From: Eledone cirrhosa
Lineage: Eukaryota
Direction of reading: 5' to 3'
Length of the DNA: 64,000 nucleotides
Assembly (NCBI GenBank): GCA_964016885.1
Contig: OZ024743.1
Coordinates: 69,936,001 to 70,000,000, forward strand
The notes below the pieces were generated by a model. The model did not search any database and was not told the origin of the DNA. It saw only the letters and a list, made by a program, of their open reading frames with translations. Positions within the stretch are counted from its first letter, which is position 1, and the number at the start of each line of letters is the position of its first letter. Below, piece after piece: positions 54,306 through 64,000 of the stretch. Both the position numbers and the translations under genes were made by a program.

Positions 54306-56048
54306 AATGTATATACATATATGTGTCTATATACGTATTTATATATACGTAGGGTCATACATACATGCATACGTACATATATACATATATATATTTATAT
54401 ACAGATATACATGCGTACATAGATACATATATACATACATATACATATATGCATGCATACGTACATTCATACCTCTATACGTACTTACTTACATACATAA
54501 AAACATACACACATACATACACACACATACATACATGCATACATACATACACACATACATACATACATACATACATGCATGCATGCATACATACATACAT
54601 ACATACATACATACATACATACATACATACATACATACATGCATAATGATTTCAACCTCTATCTCGATGGACCTCCGTGGGTTTGATGAAATTAGCCTGC
54701 ACATGGCTGAGTGGTCTACAGACCCGAGTCACATAAAATAATTCCGAGGTATTCTCACCGTGAAAAAGTGTGTGGCAAGGCTGCCGTTTTATCTTACATG
54801 TAAATTTAATGAGCTTCCACATAGATTCCGTCAACCAAATTTCATTAACAAGCAAAGGGTCCACTTGAGGATACTGTAAATGCCATAGTATAAATAGCAT
54901 CCCTAAGATTCCATACCTAACCTTAGACATGCTGATTGCGCAGCAGACCCCTTAAGCATTCGGACAAACCTATTTGCAACTATATGTGTATGCATATCTA
55001 TCTATGGCGTTCTCTCACTCTCTCTCTCTCTCTCGAAAGAGAGAGAGAGAGAGAGTGAGAGAGATATGTATATATATAGTAATAATAATAAATTTGAAGA
55101 CTAAAATCCAAAACGGGCTCGATAAGGATAAATATATATCAAATATATAAGAACCGTAGAGCAAATATGACGTTTTATCTTCGTTTTTTCCGTTCATTGC
55201 CAGAGAACGTCTCTATGAACCCCCTAATAGAACATTAGTCTACGACTTCTTTCATACCATAAACGTGGTTTTGTCTTTGCGTGTAATTGTTTTTCACCGC
55301 TCCAAATAATGACGTATTATATTCGTTTTTTCCCGTTCTTTGCCAGGGAACGTTTCCACGAACCAAAGTATCGTCTTCTTGTCTTCCTCCGGTTGCAACG
55401 TTTTTTGAAATATTCACTTCTGCGTTCACAGATTGGCTTTGTTAGTTTCAGAAGATCCCGTTAAGGGTGAAAGCTGCGATTCTTTGTGAGCAAGAAACCA
55501 ACAGTATTTCATAATATATAAGTGATTATAACGTGAAAAATGGAAAAAAAATTAACGTAAAATATGGGAAAATAATTCAAACTCAATTTAAAAAAAATCA
55601 AGACAGAGTTTTTATCCACAGATTTTGTGAAATCCAGGGAAAAACCAATAGAGTCTTAACTTAGAATCAAATAAAGCTTAAATACTCATCCTTAAATTTG
55701 GAAAAACTACAAATGCTCTATATAGTCTTAAAAATACTATTTCACGAAACTTTTCAGTGGGGATGGTCACGGTTGTAGTCGTTCATCAGTAGAGCTCAAA
55801 CACGATAGCCCTATATCACTGCCAGAATATGCCAAAAAGTGAATTTAAAAGCAGGCTAGTTCACCTCGTGCGGAATTATAAAAATAAACACACATGGAGA
55901 GACATGGCTGGTGACGTCAGAATGAGACGAATGTATATATATACATACATATATATATACATATATATATACATATATATATATATACATATATATATAC
56001 ATATATATATATACATATATACATATATATATATATACATATATATAC

Positions 56049-56081
<33 letters not shown>

Positions 56082-56098
56082 CATACATACATACATAC

Positions 56099-56147
<49 letters not shown>

Positions 56148-56504
56148 TGTGTGTGTGTATTGTATGTATGCATATATTTGTTTTGTAAAGTTTTTGATAT
56201 GAAATCGTGTGGGGATGGTCATATTGTAATAATATTGTCAGAAATAATAACAGAACACACTCACTGTTTGGTTTGGATTGATTTTCACTTCTGTATCTTT
56301 TATATCTCTATAGTTAATTTATCTGGCAATCAATGTTTATCACTGATTCACCAACAGTTAAAAATAAAGATATATATATATATAAATGAAAGGTATATAT
56401 ATATATATATATATAGTCTATCAAAGTTCTTTCGTCATACATCTGTGACAGAATCAGTGGTACTGTCTACACAATTACAATACAAAGGAGGCAACATAGT
56501 AGCA

Positions 56505-56546
56505 CCACTGATGATGTCACAGATGTGTGACGAAAGAACTTAGTGG
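56505..56546 (+). ncRNA. Hammerhead-like motif with an extra U before stem II (paralog at 7128-7166 minus)
   Basis: CTGATGA-t-GTCACA-gatg-TGTGAC-GAAAG versus CTGACGA-t-GTTGCA-gatg-TGCAAC-GAAAG. Stem II covaries; stems I and III are weak. Confidence 0.5.
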
Positions 56547-57258
56547 GAGGAGGAATAAGCAGGATTTGGAATAAGAAGCGGGTAGGGAATTGGTAATTTT
56601 TCTAGGTTGTCTCCTTGATTTAAAGAAAACATAAGAATTAGTCGTTTAGTTTACATATTGAAACCCCAAACAATCCCATAAATGTTATAACGTATGGGGT
56701 TTCTAATAATGTTATTTTATGTCATGTATAATGTTTTTCAATGTATAAAGAAAATTAATTGTCGTAGTGATGCTACCACTTAACCTAAAATTTCACGTGA
56801 AATAGATTAACAAAATTTAATAATCGAAGGAGTTGGAAAATATCCGAAAAATTAATAAGCGTCTGGGGGAGATTATTGGAAACCAGAGAGAACACAGCTT
56901 TACCGTAACAGTAATTATGAGGTATAAATTGTTTGCAGTAAAGAAATCTGTTAAGTAAAAGACCAAGTGTAAATATTTATAAGAACTATGCTATCTTTTT
57001 TATGGAATTTGTTATTTACTAGGACGTGCGTTTTAGTCCATAGAATCAGTAATATCACTGTAATTCATTGTTTTATTTTATTCATTTAGAGATCAGTTGC
57101 ACCTCTGCTAGTAATATGTTACTTTGGATTCTAGCTTGAATTGTCACCGAAACTACTATCCATGTAATAGCCGACCTTAAGACCCAATACATTTAATCTT
57201 AAAAATAGTTTAAAGCATTCGACATTATGCACTTGTACATACGGTATATATAAAATAC

Positions 57259-57357
<99 letters not shown>

Positions 57358-57443
57358 AATTTCTATTTATTTGCCATGAGGGCACAAAAGAAAGGGACAC
57401 ATACATGGGGGGGGGTACATAGAAATCGAGTAAAAAAATGTAA

Positions 57444-58638
57444 TCATAATCTATAAAGCTCAGTGTGTGGTCATGCTCCTTTCTTATAGAAATCTACGAT
57501 ATCGAATTTCTTCAATTGAAATTTACAATTCAATATTCGAAATAGTTTCGATTGCGTCTTGGCACATCTCATTTTTTCAATTTCACCCACAATTACTAAA
57601 ATAAATAGATAAAACTCAATATTTTACGATTTTTCTGTGTCATTTAAACTGCTAAACTATTTCCACTACCATTCAAAATCTATACAACTTCATACCCTCT
57701 ACTACTTTCTCTTTCCAAGCTTGATGGTGATACTGTCCGTTTTACTCTCTCATATCATCTGCTTACCTCTATCTACAACCCACACATTTTGCTACTTTCT
57801 CTTTTATACTTCAAATTATTACATTTCATACGAAACGACAATTATTCAAAAGCAACAGATACATTTATTCAACAACAAGCGATAAATCTTTTTTAAAACC
57901 TCTTTTCCAAACGCATACAAACACACACTCACTCCAACAACAACAACAACAATCTGCCTTTTATAGATAATGATAAACAATAATATCCTCTATGAGGTCA
58001 CTAAACCTGCTAGAAACCGCAGCTAACTCTCCCCCATATCACACCACTCCCTACTGTCTTAAATTTAGAAAACACATATCCTCTATGAGGTTACTAAACC
58101 TGCTAGAAACAGCAGATAAGTCTCCCCCATATCACACCACTCCCTACTGTCTTAAATTTAGAAAACACATATCCTCTATGAGGTTACTAAACCTGCTAGA
58201 AACAGCAGCTAACTCTCCTCCATATCACACCACTCCCTACTGTCTTAAATTTAGAAAACACATATCCTCTATGAGGTCACTAAACCTGCTAGAAACAACA
58301 GCTAACTCTCCCTCATATCACAACCCTCCCTACTGTCTTAAATTTAGAAAACACAGACAACCATGCAGAACAACTCCATCGCAGCTCTGTTGTTCGGCTG
58401 GCATCGTCGACGCGCGTGTTGCGCAAGTACTGTGAAACAATAAATGTCAACACTTTTTGCACAGAGATAGTATCCATAGGCGAAACTACAATTGTCACTG
58501 CTGGCGCAGCTCCTGCTTCCAGGTCTGCAATTCATTCACCCAGTGCCTGGCAGACAAAAGAGTGCTGCCATAAAATGGGTGGTGCAACCTAACTTTGGTA
58601 ACTTAATGACCCCGAGCAACGCCGGGCTTTAATACTAG
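57444..58638 (+). mobile_element. Non-autonomous Helitron nested in the LINE 3' UTR
   Basis: The 3' hairpin CCCGagcaacgcCGGG (58611-58626) is followed by CTAG (58635-58638) then T. 5' A^TC candidates at 57444 or 57450 (aatctataaag). No TSD. Removing it rejoins the LINE 3' UTR. Confidence 0.75.
57983..58352. repeat. 93-bp tandem repeat x4 inside the Helitron
   Basis: atatcctctatgagg recurs at 57983, 58076, 58169 and 58262. This explains the 31-aa periodic ORF. Confidence 0.9.
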
Positions 58639-58780
58639 TAACAAATAAAATTATAACAAAAAGGTCCTCAATAGGGAGGGATCGTTTTGGGGTCACACAC
58701 ACCCCCGAAAAAAAATGTGCGACCCTTCTCTACGGGAGCACAAAGAGAGGGTGCTCCCTTCTTCCTTCATCCTTTTCCAC

Positions 58781-61700
58781 CTACAGGCTGAGGTAGAGAG
58801 AAGGCCCATTTACACGGGCCATTCTCGCAACTTTCACCAACCTTTCATAAAACTGGCTGGGGTGGAGCACCTGTCTCTCCATCCTGATCCTTCTTCCGAA
58901 ATGGTATCGGAAGCAAAGGACTAGTTGTTGGCCGGAAAGAAAGGTGTCCGACCTCAGCCCTTTTAGACGTGTCCACCATACAACCTCTTTTACCATGGCT
59001 ATTACACAGAGGAAGACCACCTCTGCTTCATTTTTGAAGGGGGGAGGCGGCTTGATCGTTACAATGGACTCGGTGGTCAACCTAATTGGTCCCACCCTTG
59101 ACAGCAGTTGTTCGACATAGCCCCACAGATCGGTAACGCCCGGGCAGTGTACCAATGCGTGTGCGACGGTTTCCTCTTCGCGCACGTATCTGAGACAGAT
59201 TTTTTTGAGGCGTCCCTAACCGGGCGCCCGTGTCTGTAGAGCTTATCCCGAACGGGCAGAGCCCCTCGGTAGCACTGCCAGGCCAAGGACTTGTGGAAGT
59301 TGTCCATAGGTCCCGGGCCGAAAGTCCTACCGAATATGCTGACCAGTTCATCCTCCTCCATGCCTAGGGTTTCTCCGAGGGCGTCGTCGCACCTGCTAAG
59401 CACCAGCCCTCTATAGAATGATGAGGTGGTGTCACCGATAGCCGAGTCCGCCTGCCAGAGAGCCGTGAGCACCTGGGAACATTCGGTGTGCCAGTCGCCC
59501 AGTTTTTTCGGTCTTTGCTTCAACCAGGACTGCAGCTCGGTGAGCGAGACGAGCTTCGGGAAGGCTCGCCTCACAAGCGGGGCCCACACCGGTTGACCGG
59601 TGAGGAATACCTGGAGGTGCCGTAGCCTCAATGCATGTTTACGCATTTTTAGCCACGGCATCCCCAGCCCTCCTTTCAAAGGGTGTTGAAAGCAGATGGA
59701 TCTCCTCACCAGGGGAGACCGCTTCTTCCAAAGGAAGTGAAAGAGAGCGCGCTCCATTTTGGCGAGGATCTCACCCGGGCAAGGCTTGACAGTCAAGCGG
59801 TAATAGATAACGGACACTATGTAAGCGTTCGCCACCTCCGCCCGACCTTTCAGGGATAGTTTGCACTCAGCCTACTTCTGGGTCACCTCACCCCACTTTT
59901 TCTCCACCTGGAGGTCCGGTCCGAACCAGACCCCAAGCAACTTCACCGGGCCCTACGTCCACCGTCCGACGATACCGTCGGACGACATCAGTTTGCCCCT
60001 CCACTCGCCGAGTTTCAAAGCGACTGACTTGTCCCGGTTCAGCTTAGCCCCTGTCAAACTTTCGTACTCCTCCAGTAAGGTGCCGATTGCCCCGATTTCC
60101 TCGGTGGTCGACACCATTACTGTTACGTCATCGGCATAGGCCGACACTGGCTTTGCGCAATCCCGGTTCCAAAGGGATGCCCTGCAACAACTCCAACTTC
60201 CGCAGTAGTGGCTCGAGAGCCAATACATACAGAAGGGAGGAGAGAGGGCACCCCTGTCGGATGGAGCGGGTGATTTCAAACGGCTCCGAGAGGTAGCCGT
60301 TCACCTTGACTCTAGAGCAGATGCAGCTGCTATGCATGGCAGTGATCCAGACGCTGAAAACGGGTCCGAAATCAGCCGCCGCTAGCACCGCATCCAAGTA
60401 ACCATGGTCCACCCTATCGAAAGGTTTAGACTGATCAAAATTTATCAGGGCCCCACCAAAGCCGGGTTCGTTCCCAAGCCTCTCTATGATGTATAGCATG
60501 GGGTGAAGGTTGTCGTGGATGGACCTGGACGGGATAGCGCATGTCTGCGCATCTCCCACCAGGTACCCCACGACAAGCGCCAAACTCTTCGCTAACATCT
60601 TGGCCAAAATCTTTAACTCTGCATTTAGCAGAGTTATGGGCCTAAAATTACTAATGTCACCCCCCTTGTTCTCGTCCTTCCTACCTAGCGAGACTACGCC
60701 CTTGGTCACAGAACAGGGAATTCTCCCGTTCTGTTGCCAGTTGCAGTAGACCGTCTCGAGGAGATCGGGGAACAAGTCCGGCATATTAATATATAGTTCG
60801 TAGGGCAGACCATCGAGGCCTGGAGATTTGCGTTTGCCGCATAGGCTCAGCACGTCCCCTATTTCAGCAGCTGAGATCGGCTCGTCGCAGGACCTCACCT
60901 CCTTGTCAGAAAGACGCGGCAGGCCGTCGAGATATGGACCGAAATCCACCCCACCCCACTCCCGAACAATCGGGCAAAGTGCCTTTGAAAGGCCTCGCAC
61001 ATTTGCTTAGGTTCAAGGATCACCCGTCCATTCTGGTCTCGCAAAGACCGGATAGTGGATCTAATCCCACTTTTGGCTTCTGTCACGCGGGCCCAGCTAA
61101 CAGCTTTGGTCCCCTCGTTTCCCAGAGCACGTATTTTGCTTCGGACAACGCAGCCTTCGTGTTTCGCGTCGAAGAACTGGCTCAAGGCCGTTCTCGACGC
61201 TTGCACACTGGCCACGTTGCCGCTTCTCATTGCCTCTTCAACATTAACTACCAACTCCCTTTCCTTCCTATTTCTATCTGAGGCTAACTCCTTACTAACT
61301 CCTATTGAAACTACTCAAATCTCTCTTTTCAGAGAGCCCCACCACCTGCTGTTGACGATGGCGCCCGTCAACCGCTCCTTAACTAAGGTTCTAATCCGGT
61401 CCCTGTAAGCTCTACTTGTCGGTGAGGACAAGTTGAGCTTCCAGTAACCGGGTTCCTTCCTATGCGTTCTATCAAGGTGGACTATCCAGGTCACTAACTT
61501 GTGGTCTGAATAGCCCACCATGAGCATTGCTGGTCAACTTAAAAAGTCCCTATCCTTAATTCTATCTAAGAACCTATCTAGGTACGATCTAGATTGACCG
61601 TTATTGTTTGTCCAAGTCCAGGTTGGCCCAGTCGGAAAATCTAGTCGATATCTATCAGCCAGTTCAAATCAGCCGATTAACCCCTTGAGGTTGTTACACC

Positions 61701-62181
61701 CCCTTGTATCGGGACATGCCCCTACATAGTCCCAATGTGCATCTAGGATACCATTCCAGTCCCCCAACTAAAAGCAAGGAGCGGGACATCCCTAGACATG
61801 TCTCCAGACGATGGAAGAAGTCCAACCGGCTTGCCCCAAAAGGGGCGTAAACGGCGACCAGCCTAAAAGCTTTGCCTTCACCACTGCCAAGGTCCAGAAC
61901 CACTAGTCGACCCTCCGGATCCAAGTGTACCGTCTGTATAGCGAGACCCAGATGTTTTTGCATCAGAACGACAACCCCATCCCACCTCCGGGCTGACAGA
62001 GAGATGCGTGCATCTCAAAGTCATCAAAGGTGGGGGATAGTTGTTGCACGCTGTTGATCCGGGCCTCGCAAATAACCATCACATTTATACATCGTGACCT
62101 GAGGTCATTTAGAAGTTTAGCTTGCTTCCAAGGTGAGCCCAGGCCACGCGCATTTAGACAACCTACTCTTAAGACAGCCAT
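58781..62181 (-). pseudogene. LINE ORF2 (APE endonuclease + reverse transcriptase + C-terminal Zn-binding domain), several frameshifts
   Basis: Motifs in order across ORF fragments. APE: LNARGL, VAVYAP, GYSDHKLV, PGYWKLN. RT: KSPGLDGLPYELY, NFRPITLLNAELKILAK, FDQSKPFDRVDH, IRQGCPLSSLLYVLALEPL, AYADDVT. C-terminal: GGLGMP, EETVAHALVHCP. Confidence 0.95.
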
Positions 62182-62417
62182 GTTGGTGGTAAAGAAAGAG
62201 GCACTTACCTCTCTACGTCCCGGGGTCCGGGCTGTTCAGTTTCCATGGGGGTGGTGGAGGGGTTGTTGGGTGGGTGGTGGTTTGTGGTGGTGTGGGGGTA
62301 TTAGTGTGTGGTGGGGGTGGGGTATTTGGAGTTGTGTGGGTGTCTGAGGAGAGGAGTGGGTAACCTTTTAAGAAGACGCGGTTAAACGGTTTGTTACAGG
62401 GGGGCCCCACGTTCTCT

Positions 62418-63989
62418 TTATAAACGTTTTTTTAAAGTTTGATAAAGGTTCATGAGGACCTTTATCATTTTGAGGTGTGGAGAGTCATCCACTGTCTTAA
62501 AATTTGGCCCTTCGGTTTGCACCGACGGGTTGCTGTTTATTATACTGTGCAGTTTTTTGTTTTGTTTGTTGATGTAAGTGTACTGTAATGTTTTTTTCTG
62601 TGACGCTGTTAGTGTTGTGTAATGAGGAGGGGTGATTTGTGTTGTGTTGGTTTCTTCTGTGTTTGTTTGGTTTCTGTTAGTGGTATGTTTCCTTGTTTTC
62701 CTGTTTACTGGTCGGAACGGCTCTCCTTCATCTTCGCTATGCTCCGATGTAAGGAGGTTTTCGTCCGTGTTCGGGGGTAGGGAGATAGTTTGTGGTAGTG
62801 TTGTGTTGGTGTGTGTATTTTTGATTGTTTTCTGTGTGGGGTGAGTGGGTGTGACTGTGATTTGTTTCGTGGTCTTTTGTTTTTGTTGTTGTTGTGCTGG
62901 TGGTGCTGGAGGTGGTGTTGTTGGTTTTTGTTGTCGTTGTGGTAGTGGTGGTGATGGTGGTGTATTTTGTTGATTTTGTGGTGGTGGTGTTGGTTGTTTT
63001 TGTTGTTGTTGTTGTGCTGTTTGTAGCAGTGGTTTTTTGTTGTTAGTAGAGGGTAGGCAGTCCTCAGGTGACCTCTGCCAGCACAGTGGTAACACGAGGG
63101 CCTCTGCCTTCCACCGTAATATTAATGAAGGTTCGACCATTCAGTAGTACTCGGTCGGGTATTCCGGCGATTCTCTCTGTTGTCATCTGTATGAGAACCT
63201 CCAGACTTTTCCCCCCGAACAGTCCACTGGTGGACTCATCTGCTGATACTAGAATGTCCTTATCTAGGTCCGTGAATCTTGTCAGGACGGACCAGATGTC
63301 TACTTCTGGCGTTGAGCTCCACATTCTTAATCTTTGTGTTATTCTTCCTTTATATGTGGGGAAGAAGGTCTATTGTTGTGACACTATAGGTGCCACCGAG
63401 CATTTTCGAGCCAGCATTTGGTCCTTCATTCGGATCATAATGCTGGCATTCGGATTATAATGTCTTTCAGAACCAGCTCAATTTGACTTTCTGTCAATTG
63501 AACTGGTTTTCTTGTTGCGTTGGATATAGTCCTGAAAGTTATCGTATTCCTATATGCCTGTTGACGAACTTCTTCTGGGGAGTTGATCGTAAAAGAACCA
63601 TCCTCCCCAAAAGATACGTATTTTCTGGCATTTAGTAAGTTTCGCTTAGCGTTAGTAATGTCTATGGGTTTGTATTCGATCGTTTTTTTTTACCGTTTGG
63701 GCAAAATAAATTTTGCTGTCTTTGTTGTTTTCGTTTCGTTCGTTGTTGCAATGTTGTTGGTTTTATTAATTCCATTTGTTGTGGTATTTTTTTCCCTGTT
63801 ATCCTTTTCAAAATTTGGGTTTTCACTCAAATTAACAGTGTTTTTTTCCATTCGAGAAGAGGGGTAGTTCAACAATTTGAATTGTTGTTCCCTCTTTCTC
63901 GCTTTTTTTGGTGGGCGTGACGTTAGCTTGCAATATGGCTTCCTCGTTTTTACCGATATCAATAAACATTTTAAATTAAAGATTTTCAC
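62418..63989 (-). pseudogene. LINE ORF1 (nucleic-acid binding, CCHC knuckle, Pro/Gln/Thr-rich tail), frameshifted
   Basis: Lies upstream of ORF2 on the same strand. An alternative frame at about 63050-63095 reads CYHCAGRGHLRTAYP (C-x2-C-x4-H-x4-[C>Y]) right after ...INITVEGR, as in Tx1 ORF1. Confidence 0.75.
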
Positions 63990-64000
63990 GAAAATATATT

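Larger units (their letters stand above)
57354..64000 (-). mobile_element. L1/Tx1-clade non-LTR retrotransposon (LINE), near full length, degenerate; 3' UTR interrupted by a Helitron
   Basis: ORF1 and ORF2 fragments are colinear on the minus strand. The 3' end reads ...gccctcatggcAAATAAAtagaaatttcttc then (TC)n (57306-57353). The 5' end runs off the window. Confidence 0.92.

Overview
AT-rich animal genomic DNA, most likely octopus/cephalopod (inferred from the tRNA-derived SINE family and the extreme (TA)n/(CA)n density). No convincing host gene was found, and almost all listed ORFs are microsatellite artefacts. The window is mostly transposable elements. (1) A frameshifted L1/Tx1-clade LINE lies on the minus strand (57.35-64 kb); its 3' UTR ends in (TC)n and is interrupted by a non-autonomous Helitron. 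(2) Many truncated Penelope-like elements (PLEs) sit in (TA)n tracts; they leave GIY-YIG fragments, fold-back inverted repeats and roughly 25 hammerhead ribozyme (HHR) motifs, including core variants. (3) There are also tRNA-derived SINEs, a pogo/Tigger-like MITE, old LINE remnants and 17-, 54- and 93-bp minisatellites. The most striking signal is two unrelated non-coding, pyrimidine-rich, terminally redundant repeat families (8.8-9.3 kb and 24.1-25.1 kb on +; 29.0-29.9 kb on -). Both carry a hammerhead whose three core strands occur in a non-circularly permuted order (NUH, then GAAA, then CUGANGA), with compensatory base changes between copies. They look like a retrozyme-type system of 0.5-0.8 kb RNA monomers mobilised by PLEs. 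All structures were read by eye; none was computed or tested.
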